From the NCBI GenBank assembly GCA_021816425.1, contig JAKAXT010000002.1:1512-65511 (forward strand): 64,000 bases of DNA, written 5' to 3'. The DNA is from Pseudomonadota bacterium (GTDB lineage: Bacteria; Pseudomonadota; Gammaproteobacteria; Acidiferrobacterales; Acidiferrobacteraceae). Positions 33,830-42,344 of this stretch are shown in pieces. The first letter of the stretch is position 1, and each line of letters starts with the position of its first letter. Made by a program: the position numbers and the translations under genes. The notes under the pieces are model-generated. The model did no database searches. It was not told the origin of the DNA and saw only the letters and a list, made by a program, of their open reading frames with translations.

Positions 33830-34756
33830 TTAAGCGCGCAGCGGAGGTGCGCCCTTGGGACCGTCATAGTGATAACGGCGCAGGACCGCTTGGCCTTCGG
33901 GCGCGCGGAGCCAGGCGATAAAACGACCGGCCGCCACGGGGTTCTCGCCGGCGCTCAAAACAGCCGCGTAGAACACGAGCGGGGAGGGTCTGTGCACGCG
34001 GCCCCTCAGGCGCAACGACACGGTCTCGTAGGTCTTCTCGTAGGCCGCGTCACCGAGATCGATGGCCGACGGCAAAGCGAGGTAAGGCAAGCCCATGGCC
34101 GCGGGCTGGGTCTTATAGGCTGAACTCGCGTCGAGCTGGCCGCCCTGGAGGCGCGCCATGACCTCGGGTTCCGGGAAGATCTGGCGATGATTGATGACAG
34201 GCCCCAGGATACGCCGGGCGAGTCCGGGCGCGCGGTAATAGCGCTCGGCGAGCTCCATCATGAAGATGATGTTGAGGCCTTGGGGATCGGTGAGGGGGTC
34301 CGTGCGGCCAAAGCGTATACCCGGCCGCTCCAAGACCCGCCACCAGGGGTCGCGACCGCCGCGGCCGGCCTCTGCGAGCGCCTCCGATGCCGGCGTGCGC
34401 GGACTGTAGGCCAGGACGAGTTCGGTGCTTGCCACCGCGAAGGCCCGCCGGGCATGGCCCGCGCGCAGCACGAGATCCATGGGCCCCCGCGTGATCGAGA
34501 TGAAGACATCGGGACGGATGGTGCCGGCCATGATCATGCGGGCAAGCCCCAAGGCCCCCTGGGCGCGGCCTTCGACGCGAAGCCCCAGGTCGCGCGCCAC
34601 GGCCGGGGCCACCCCGCCGTGCATGAGCGCCCCCATGGAGCCCGCGTACGCGACCTGCAATCCACGCGGCGCGCGGGCCCGGGCGAATCGCGGCGCGGTC
34701 AGCGCCGCAAGGCCGGTCGCGGCCCCCTGTAAAAACCGTCTTCTCGCCCGATCCAT
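33830..34756 (-). CDS. Tat-exported molybdate/tungstate-type extracellular solute-binding protein
   Basis: RRRFLQ twin-arginine signal; YAGSM, GRTDPLTDPQG motifs of the WtpA/ModA-like family. Confidence 0.78.
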   Translation of the reverse strand: MDRARRRFLQGAATGLAALTAPRFARARAPRGLQVAYAGSMGALMHGGVAPAVARDLGLRVEGRAQGALGLARMIMAGTIRPDVFISITRGPMDLVLRAGHARRAFAVASTELVLAYSPRTPASEALAEAGRGGRDPWWRVLERPGIRFGRTDPLTDPQGLNIIFMMELAERYYRAPGLARRILGPVINHRQIFPEPEVMARLQGGQLDASSAYKTQPAAMGLPYLALPSAIDLGDAAYEKTYETVSLRLRGRVHRPSPLVFYAAVLSAGENPVAAGRFIAWLRAPEGQAVLRRYHYDGPKGAPPLRA

Positions 34757-34951
34757 CGCTTCCCCCTCATAAAACACCCAAGCCGTGGAGGCGGCGGCCG
34801 CGCGCGCCGGACCCCGCTTGCGGGGGCCCTCGTGGCTCGGGTCCCGTCACCATGCCAGCGGGGACAGGGACGACGCACGCCATCCGCCGCAACTCCTCCC
34901 GCGACCGAAGTCGCGGGCTTCCTTGCGAGGAATCGACGAGGACGCCGCCGC

Positions 34952-36250
34952 TCAGGTCTTCGGGAGGGTGACGCCCTTCTGGCCTTGATATTTGCCGCCA
35001 CGATCCTTGTAGGAGGTCTCGCAGGGTTCGTCGGCCTCGAAAAAGATCACCTGCGCCACGCCCTCGTTGGCATAGATCTTCGCGGGCAAGGGCGAGGTGT
35101 TCGAGAACTCGAGCGTGACGTGGCCCTCCCACTCCGGCTCGAAGGGCGTCACGTTGACGATGATGCCGCAGCGCGCGTAGGTGGAGTTGTGCACGACAAG
35201 CCCGTTCGCGAGGAAGTTGTGCAGTCCCGGGACCTCGATGTCGTAGACCGGCTCCCGGCCTGCGGGATGGACGGCCGCCACCCGATCCCACTCGGTGGCG
35301 CCCCGACCGAAGGTTCCATCGGTGCCGTTGCCACGGCATTCGAGGGCCGAGCCGCGCACGAGCAGGCGCGCGCCCGCGGCCTCCTCGACCGTCCGGCAGG
35401 ACATGCCGAGGCGGGCCGCCAGGTGGCGTATCTCGTCGACCACGGGGCGCGCGGCGCGCAAGCCCTCGCTCGCGACATCGCCCATGACGGCCGCCACGAA
35501 CCGGGCGACATCGGCGCGCGGCGCGCGAAAGACCGCGTCCGGGATGGCCTCGATCGTCCCTGCCTGGGCCTCTGCCCGCACAAGGTGCCCGAGCCGTTCG
35601 GGGGCGATCAAGGGCACGGTCCCGAAGAAGGGCGCCGACACCGCGGCGGCCAGCCTGTCGCCCGCGCCGAGGTCCGAGAGGGGAACCCAACCCGCGGGTG
35701 TGAGCAGGGGGTGGTTGGCGGTGGCGGTGAGCGACAGGCCGCTTTCTGTGACGAGCCGCCATACCGGTTTGACCCCATGGGAGGCAAGCGCCGACACGCG
35801 CGCCTGGCGCAGGCCCCCAGGAGCGAGCGCCGCCGTGCGCCGGGCGCGCCCCCAATCCTTGATGCGCAGGTACTCGCCCGTGTCGGCGTCGAGGACCCGC
35901 GTATCGCCGGTCACGCACTTGCCAAGGCAGATCGTAAGCACGTTGCGCGGGATGCGAAAGTATTCGACCGTGCGCGCAAGCGCAAAGGAGTTGGGCGGTA
36001 TGATGCAGACATCGCCGCGGAAATCCACGAAACTATTGGCGTCGAAGTTCTTCGGATCGACGATCACGGAATTGATGTTCGTGAAGATCTTGAACTCGTT
36101 GGAGCAGCGGATGTCGTAGCCGTAGCTCGACGTGCCGAAGGATACGAGCCGCTCTTCCCCCCGCGACTTCACCTGACCGGGCTCGAAGGGCTCGATCATC
36201 CCATGATCCTGCGCCATGCGCCGGATCCATTTATCGGATTTTATGCTCAT
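34952..36250 (-). CDS. dcd: dCTP deaminase, intein-containing precursor
   Basis: Exteins (111 + 77 = 188 aa) rebuild a typical Dcd: GTSSYGYD, GK/STYARCG, PFEPEWEG, KYQGQ. Confidence 0.95.
   Translation of the reverse strand: MSIKSDKWIRRMAQDHGMIEPFEPGQVKSRGEERLVSFGTSSYGYDIRCSNEFKIFTNINSVIVDPKNFDANSFVDFRGDVCIIPPNSFALARTVEYFRIPRNVLTICLGKCVTGDTRVLDADTGEYLRIKDWGRARRTAALAPGGLRQARVSALASHGVKPVWRLVTESGLSLTATANHPLLTPAGWVPLSDLGAGDRLAAAVSAPFFGTVPLIAPERLGHLVRAEAQAGTIEAIPDAVFRAPRADVARFVAAVMGDVASEGLRAARPVVDEIRHLAARLGMSCRTVEEAAGARLLVRGSALECRGNGTDGTFGRGATEWDRVAAVHPAGREPVYDIEVPGLHNFLANGLVVHNSTYARCGIIVNVTPFEPEWEGHVTLEFSNTSPLPAKIYANEGVAQVIFFEADEPCETSYKDRGGKYQGQKGVTLPKT
35186..35917 (-). mobile_element. Intein (244 aa) with degenerate homing-endonuclease remnant
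   Basis: Starts CVTGDTRV, block B TANHP, block F VYDIEV, ends HN followed by +1 Ser; in-frame 732-nt insertion. Confidence 0.95.
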
Positions 36251-36295
36251 TGCTCGCCCGGACCGCGCCGGCCTCCCCCCAGAGCCCTGACGCCG

Positions 36296-37387
36296 TCAGG
36301 TGTTTTGGATGACGATGTTCGGGAAACTCCCCGAGAAGTCCTTCTTCATGAGCGAAAGCCGCCCGCCGATGCGCCGCGCGATCTCTCGATAGATCTGCGC
36401 GATGCGTCCGTCGGGATCGGCCACGACCGTGGGCTTTCCGCCATCGGTGTCGGCGCGGATGCGCAGATCGAGCGGCAAGGCGCCCAGGAAATCGACATCG
36501 TACTGCTCCGCCATCTTGAGCCCGCCGCCGGCCCCGAAGATATGCTCCTCGTGGCCGCACTGACTGCAGATATGGGTGCTCATGTTCTCGACGATGCCGA
36601 TCACCGGGATCTCGACCTTCTCGAACATCTTCAATCCCTTGCGCGCGTCGAGCAGGGCGATGTCCTGGGGGGTCGTGACGATCACGGCCCCCGTCACCGG
36701 GACTTTCTGGGCGAGCGTCAGCTGGATATCGCCCGTGCCCGGAGGCAGGTCGACCACGAGATAGTCGAGATCCTGCCAGTTGGTGTCGCGCAAGAGCTGC
36801 TCCAGGGCCTGGGTGACCATGGGGCCGCGCCAGATCATGGGGGTCTCTTCGTCGATCAGATAGCCTATCGACATCGACTGCAGGTGATAGCTCGGGACCG
36901 GCTCCATGCGTCGCCCGTCCTTGGACTCGGGCTTGGCGCGCGAACCCAGCATGCGCGGCTGGCTCGGGCCATAGATGTCGGCGTCGAGGATGCCCACTTT
37001 CGCGCCCTCCGCCGAAAGCGCGAGGGCCAGATTCACGGCGGTGGTGGACTTGCCGACGCCGCCCTTGCCGGACGCGACCGCTATGATGTTTTTGACCCCC
37101 GGGATGGGCTTGACCCCCTTCTGGACGCCGTGGGTCACGATGCGCGACTCGACCGTCACGTTCACCGTCTTGACCCCCTTCACCCCCAGGACCTTGTCGC
37201 GCAGACGCGTCGCGAGCGCGTCCTTCACGCCCTTCGCCGGGTAACCCAGGACCACGTCCACCGAAACGGCGTCACCGTCGATCTTGATCAGCTTGACGGC
37301 CTTCGCGGTCACCAGATCCTGCTCCAAATACGGATCGATGACCTCTTTCAAGGCCGTTTCCACCTGAAGCTGGGAGATATCCGCCAT
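36296..37387 (-). CDS. apbC: Fe-S cluster carrier ApbC/Mrp
   Basis: SGKGGVGKST, DADIYGPS, WRGPM, DLPPGTGD, CSQCG; conserved dcd-apbC-metG synteny. Confidence 0.95.
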   Translation of the reverse strand: MADISQLQVETALKEVIDPYLEQDLVTAKAVKLIKIDGDAVSVDVVLGYPAKGVKDALATRLRDKVLGVKGVKTVNVTVESRIVTHGVQKGVKPIPGVKNIIAVASGKGGVGKSTTAVNLALALSAEGAKVGILDADIYGPSQPRMLGSRAKPESKDGRRMEPVPSYHLQSMSIGYLIDEETPMIWRGPMVTQALEQLLRDTNWQDLDYLVVDLPPGTGDIQLTLAQKVPVTGAVIVTTPQDIALLDARKGLKMFEKVEIPVIGIVENMSTHICSQCGHEEHIFGAGGGLKMAEQYDVDFLGALPLDLRIRADTDGGKPTVVADPDGRIAQIYREIARRIGGRLSLMKKDFSGSFPNIVIQNT

Positions 37388-37574
37388 AGTGTGCTTCTCC
37401 TGAAATGCCCTACCGGACCACTGGGTTTAGGGTCGCCATCCTACACCCGGCGGCCCAAAACCGGAACGGGTCGTAGGCGCCCGGCGGGGGCCCGGACCCC
37501 CGCGCGGCGGCCCGCGCCGAACTTGGCCGCGCCTCCCCGATCTGCTACCTTTCGGCGTCCTAGGGGAAAATCTC

Positions 37575-39641
37575 ATGCCAAACGACCGCAAGGTGCTGGT
37601 GACGAGCGCGCTGCCGTACGCCAACGGGCCTATCCATATCGGCCACATGGTCGAATACATCCAGACTGACGTCTTTGTCCGTTATCAGCGACTGCGCGGC
37701 CGCGTCTGCTACTACCTCTGCGCCGACGACACGCATGGCACGCCCATCATGCTGAAGGCGCAGGCCGAGGGGATCTCGCCGGAGCAGCTCATCACGCGTG
37801 TCGCCGCCGAACACCTGCGCGACTTCACGGACTTCGGCATCTCATTCGACCGCTTCGGATCCACGCACAGCGACGAGAACCGGATCCTGTCGGAGCACTT
37901 CTACACGCGCCTTGCGGCGGCCGGCCACATCGCCACGCGCACCATCGAGCAGGCCTTCGATCCGGTCAAGCAGATGTTCCTGCCCGACCGCTTCATCCGC
38001 GGCGAATGCCCGCGCTGCCATGCCGCCGACCAGTACGGGGATTCCTGCGAGTCCTGCGGTGCGACCTACACGCCGGCGGAGCTCATAAACCCGGTCTCGG
38101 CCTTGAGCGGCGCGGCACCCGTCACCAGAAGCTCCGAGCACTATTTCTTCAAGCTGGGCGATTTCAGCGACGACCTGAAGGCCTTCACGGCAAGCGACGC
38201 CCTGCCGAAGGAGGCCGGCCACAAGCTCGCCGAATGGCTGACCGAAGGCCTGAGCGACTGGGACATAAGCCGCGACGCGCCCTACTTCGGGTTCGAGATC
38301 CCCCACGCCAAGGACAAGTACTTCTACGTGTGGCTCGACGCCCCGGTCGGCTATATCGCGACCTTCTGGCAGCTGCGGTCGCGCCTCGAGGGCCGGAGTC
38401 TCGACATCGACGCCGTCCGCTCGCAATGGGCGCAGTATGCCGTCCACCACTTCATCGGCAAGGACATCCTGAACTTCCATGGCCTGTTCTGGCCGGCCAT
38501 GCTGAAGGCCGCAAGCTTCGCGCAGCCCACGGCGATCCACGTGCACGGGTTCCTGACCATCAACGGCAAGAAGATGTCGAAATCGCGCGGAACCTTCATA
38601 ACCGCCCGGCGCTATCTCGATTGCCTCCCGGCGGAGTATCTGCGCTACTATTTCGCGGCCAAATTGAATGGCGCGATCGAGGACATCGACCTCAATCTCG
38701 ACGACTTCCGCGCCCGCATCAACGCCGACCTCGTGGGCAAGCTCGTGAACATCGCGAGCCGCTCGGCGCAGCTGCTCGCCCGGCACCTCGACAACACGTT
38801 GGCGGATGTCCTGCCCGATGCCCCGCTCTACGCCGAATTCCTGAAGGCGAGCGAAAGCATCGAGGACTGCTATGAGGCCTGCGAATACAGCCGCGCCGTG
38901 AAGATCGTCATGGATCTCGCCGACCGCGCGAACCGCTACGTGGACGAGACCCGCCCCTGGGAGATCGCCCGCACCCCGCAAAGGCGCGCGGAACTGCAAG
39001 GCGTCTGCACCCAGGCCCTGAACCTGTTTCGCGTCCTGATCGCCTACCTGAAGCCCATCCTTCCGGAGACCGCGGCCAAGGTCGAGGCCCTGCTCGGCGG
39101 CCCGGAACTGAACTTCGAGAGCGTGAAGACGCCGCGGCTTGCCTGCGCCATACAGCCCTACACGCACCTCATGCGGCGCATAGAGGCGGCCGATCTCGCC
39201 CCCCTCATCGACGAGGCGGGGGGCGAGGGCGTGCCGCGCAAGGCCGCGCCGGAGCGCCCCGCGCCCGCGAAGGCGGAGCCCGCGAAGACCGAACCGAAGG
39301 AGGCGACGGCCTCCGACACGATCGCCGCCGAGGACTTCGCGCGCATCGACCTCAGGGTCGCGCGGGTCGTCGCCGCCGACTACGTGGAAGGCGCGGACAA
39401 GCTCCTCAGGCTCTCGCTCGACCTGAACGAAGGCCGCACGCGGACCGTATTCGCGGGGATCCGTCACGCCTACGCGCCCGCGGACCTCGTGGGCCGCCTC
39501 GTGGTCTGCGTGGCCAACCTGAAGCCCCGCAAGATGCGCTTCGGCGTCTCCGAGGGCATGGTGCTGGCCGCATCCGATGCGCAGGGCCTCGTGGTCCTCG
39601 AGCCCGGAGAGGGCGCGCGGCCCGGCATGACCATCCGCTAG
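37575..39641 (+). CDS. metG: Methionine--tRNA ligase
   Basis: [11 protein letters not shown], Zn knuckle, KMSKS, C-terminal tRNA-binding domain. Confidence 0.98.
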   Translation: MPNDRKVLVTSALPYANGPIHIGHMVEYIQTDVFVRYQRLRGRVCYYLCADDTHGTPIMLKAQAEGISPEQLITRVAAEHLRDFTDFGISFDRFGSTHSDENRILSEHFYTRLAAAGHIATRTIEQAFDPVKQMFLPDRFIRGECPRCHAADQYGDSCESCGATYTPAELINPVSALSGAAPVTRSSEHYFFKLGDFSDDLKAFTASDALPKEAGHKLAEWLTEGLSDWDISRDAPYFGFEIPHAKDKYFYVWLDAPVGYIATFWQLRSRLEGRSLDIDAVRSQWAQYAVHHFIGKDILNFHGLFWPAMLKAASFAQPTAIHVHGFLTINGKKMSKSRGTFITARRYLDCLPAEYLRYYFAAKLNGAIEDIDLNLDDFRARINADLVGKLVNIASRSAQLLARHLDNTLADVLPDAPLYAEFLKASESIEDCYEACEYSRAVKIVMDLADRANRYVDETRPWEIARTPQRRAELQGVCTQALNLFRVLIAYLKPILPETAAKVEALLGGPELNFESVKTPRLACAIQPYTHLMRRIEAADLAPLIDEAGGEGVPRKAAPERPAPAKAEPAKTEPKEATASDTIAAEDFARIDLRVARVVAADYVEGADKLLRLSLDLNEGRTRTVFAGIRHAYAPADLVGRLVVCVANLKPRKMRFGVSEGMVLAASDAQGLVVLEPGEGARPGMTIR

Positions 39642-39764
39642 CGCGGGCGCGGCGAACAGGGGCGCGCCCCGCCGCGTCGTCGCGGCCGCCGGGCGCAGCG
39701 GCCCCCGCCTGGGGTCGGCCCCCGAAACCCGGGGCCCGCCGGCATCTTGCCTTCGGGGGCGCGC

Positions 39765-39794
39765 TTGACAGGGCGCGGGCCCGGTTGCGATCAT
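39765..39794 (+). promoter_or_regulatory. Possible sigma70 promoter for the RND operon
   Basis: TTGACA (39765-39770), 18-nt spacer, GATCAT (39789-39794). Confidence 0.45.
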
Positions 39795-39801
39795 CCCGGG
39801 C

Positions 39802-40134
39802 GTGAGAGCCCATTCCCTCAGACGGTTCGTGAGTCCCCTGATCCTGGTCCTATGGCTCGGGACGCTGTGGGCCTGCATGGGGCCGCAGGGCGCTCACCCG
39901 TCGCACGACGGCAAGGCCTGTGCCTCGGTCCACAATGCCCTAGGCCCGCAGAGCGCAAGCAAGATCGCCGGTACGCCGGCAATCCTGCCCATGGTGATCG
40001 CGGTATTCGTCGCCATGGCCTTGGTCCTCGTCGGCTTTTCGAGGCCGGCCACGGAGGGGGTCCCGCGCCTGCAGCGACGGCGCCACCGGCCAGCGCAGCC
40101 CAACGCCCCACCCGTCCTCGCCTTCATCTCGTAG
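39802..40134 (+). CDS. Small upstream ORF, CruR/DUF2946/CzcI-like
   Basis: Hydrophobic N-terminus, C/H-rich segment, second hydrophobic segment, basic run, then PNAPP near the C-terminus; precedes the TolC gene. Confidence 0.6.
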   Translation: MRAHSLRRFVSPLILVLWLGTLWACMGPQGAHPSHDGKACASVHNALGPQSASKIAGTPAILPMVIAVFVAMALVLVGFSRPATEGVPRLQRRRHRPAQPNAPPVLAFIS

Positions 40135-40181
40135 ATTCCCGGCGCCCCGGCGCCGCATTCCGAATCCCATGAGAAGGCCTT

Positions 40182-41432
40182 ATGCGCATTCCCCTTGCTT
40201 TGGCGCGCGTGGCAGCGCTCGCCCTGATTTCGATACCGGGCCTGGCTCCGATCCCGGCGGAGGCCCTGAGTCTCGCGGCAGTCGAGACCCTCGCCATGCA
40301 ACACAACCCCTCCCTGGCGGCCGCCCGTCAGGATGTTGCGATCGCCCGCGGGCTGGCCCGACAGGATCGTCTCTGGCCTGATCCGCGATTGAACGTCTCC
40401 GGAGGCACCGGCAACGCGCTGGGCAGTCCCGGGGAATTCAGCACGCGCGTCCTGCTGACACAAGACGTCCCCTTGACTTCGCGCATCGCGCGTCACGCGG
40501 ACGTCGGCCGATCCGGCGTGCGCGAGGCCTACGCCCGCTTCCAGGCTCGCGCCTGGCGGGTGCGCGGCCTTGTGGCGCACGCCTACGCGCGCTGGCGGAA
40601 CGCGACCCGCGCGGTGACCGAGGTCACGCGCCTCGTCACCGCCGAACACGTGTTGATGGGCCTTGTCGCGGCGCGGGTGCGCGCCGCCCAGATTTCGCCC
40701 GTGGGGGCAAGCGGGGTACGACTCCTCGGCGCCCAGGCGCGGTTATTGCGCCAAGCCTGGCGCACCCGACGTCACGAGGCGAAGGCGGATCTCATAGCCC
40801 TCATTGGCCATCGCCCGCGAAGGCCCTGGTCGGCTGCCGAACCTTCGCGCTGGCGTGTCCCGGCACCCGCCGAAGCGCTCGCCGAAGCGCTCGCCCGTCG
40901 CCCCGACCTGCGGCTGGCCGAGGCCGACCGCCGCTACCGCCAATCCGTGCACCGATACCAGCGCGCCCGGCGGCTGGGGTGGATGACGATAGGCGCGGGC
41001 GTCGCGCTCGACCGCCAGGTCCTGCGCGGCGTCCCGGCGCAACCCATCGACCGATCCATCGAATTGAGCGCCTCGCTGCCGCTGCCCTTCTGGAATCGCA
41101 ACCAGGGCAATCGATCCGCGGCCGCGGCCGAGGTCGTTCGGGCGCGCACGCGCCTGCACGCGTTGCGCTGGCGCATCCGCCACACCGTCGCCCGCGACCT
41201 CTTCGCACTTCGACGTCTGCAGACGCGCGAGCGGCGCCTTGCCGATCTGCGCGGGCGGGCGCGGCACGCGGCGGCGCTGGCGCTGCAAGGCCTGAGGTTG
41301 GGTCAAGTGCACACGGCAAGCGCGCTTGCGGTATTCGCAGACCAGCTCACCCTGACCGCGGCATGGCTCAAGACGAGCGCCGCGACCGCGGACGCCCGCA
41401 CGGCGCTGCGCGTCGCCCTGGGCGGACCCTAA
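40182..41432 (+). CDS. TolC/CzcC-family outer membrane efflux protein
   Basis: Signal peptide, HNPSL, RRPDL, SLPLPFWNRNQG. Confidence 0.88.
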   Translation: MRIPLALARVAALALISIPGLAPIPAEALSLAAVETLAMQHNPSLAAARQDVAIARGLARQDRLWPDPRLNVSGGTGNALGSPGEFSTRVLLTQDVPLTSRIARHADVGRSGVREAYARFQARAWRVRGLVAHAYARWRNATRAVTEVTRLVTAEHVLMGLVAARVRAAQISPVGASGVRLLGAQARLLRQAWRTRRHEAKADLIALIGHRPRRPWSAAEPSRWRVPAPAEALAEALARRPDLRLAEADRRYRQSVHRYQRARRLGWMTIGAGVALDRQVLRGVPAQPIDRSIELSASLPLPFWNRNQGNRSAAAAEVVRARTRLHALRWRIRHTVARDLFALRRLQTRERRLADLRGRARHAAALALQGLRLGQVHTASALAVFADQLTLTAAWLKTSAATADARTALRVALGGP

Positions 41433-41441
41433 GGAGACCCC

Positions 41442-42344
41442 ATGATAAAGATTCCCGTCGGCGCGGCCGCCATCCTGGCGCTCGCTCTCAGCACCGTTCC
41501 GGCGCTCGCCCGCCGTTCTCCCGTAGTCCGGCTTACGCCCGCGAACATGCGCGCGCTCGCTCTCAGGCTCGCCCCGACGCGCGTGCGCACGCTCCACGCG
41601 CATGAAACCTTCTACGGCGCGTTTACCCTGCCTCCGGGCGCGGAGGCCGTGGTGACGCCGCGGATCCGGGGCCGCGTGACGGCCCTCTACGCGACCATAG
41701 GCGGCTATGTGCACCGGGGCGCGCCGCTTGCGCGCGTGCAGTCCCTGCTCGCGGGAAATCCGCCGGCAAGCGTTCTGGTCCATGCCCCCATGAGCGGGGT
41801 CGTGGACGCGAGGCCCGCGATCCTGGGCGAGGCCGTGGTCCCGGGTACGCCCCTCTACCACATGATCAAGCCCCGCCGGCTCTGGCTCAAGGCCTACGTC
41901 TACCAGAAGGACATCGCATCCATCCGTCTGGGACAGAAGGCGAGCATCCGCGCGCTCGGGATCGCCGCGCGCCTGCAGGGGCGCGTCGTCATGATGGCCC
42001 CGCGCATCGATCCGCGGCGCGGCGCGCAGACGATATGGCTGTCGCTCGCCTCTACGCCCGCGGCGCTGAAACCCGCGCTCTTTGCCCGCGCGCGCATAAC
42101 GGTCGCGACCGCCCGGACCGTCGCCGTGCCGAGGGCGGCCATCGTGGATGTGAACGGCCGTCGCGCGGTGTTCGTCGCGGCGGGCCCCGGTCGCTTTCGC
42201 TACACGCCCGTAGGGACGGGCCTATGCGAACACGGCTATTGCGGGGTCACGGGACTCAAAGCCGGCGCGCGCGTCGTCACGCAGGGCAACGCCGAACTCT
42301 ATACGCTGTGGTCGACCGGCGGCAAACTGAAGGCGGACAGCTGA
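41442..42344 (+). CDS. RND efflux periplasmic adaptor (CzcB/CusB-like)
   Basis: PRIRGRV, APMSGVV, VPRAAIV, GLKAGARVVTQG; AAGGAG RBS. Confidence 0.88.
   Translation: MIKIPVGAAAILALALSTVPALARRSPVVRLTPANMRALALRLAPTRVRTLHAHETFYGAFTLPPGAEAVVTPRIRGRVTALYATIGGYVHRGAPLARVQSLLAGNPPASVLVHAPMSGVVDARPAILGEAVVPGTPLYHMIKPRRLWLKAYVYQKDIASIRLGQKASIRALGIAARLQGRVVMMAPRIDPRRGAQTIWLSLASTPAALKPALFARARITVATARTVAVPRAAIVDVNGRRAVFVAAGPGRFRYTPVGTGLCEHGYCGVTGLKAGARVVTQGNAELYTLWSTGGKLKADS

Noticed and set aside
34832-37669. 945-aa plus-strand ORF and other long ORFs (e.g. 51088..53184, 53903..55948, 37842..39878, 26057..28063)
   Set aside because: Antisense to well-supported genes, with no motifs; expected in high-GC DNA.
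39240-39305. Short repeated GCCCGCGAAG units in metG
   Set aside because: They encode the Pro/Ala/Lys linker before the C-terminal domain; not a CRISPR or mobile repeat.
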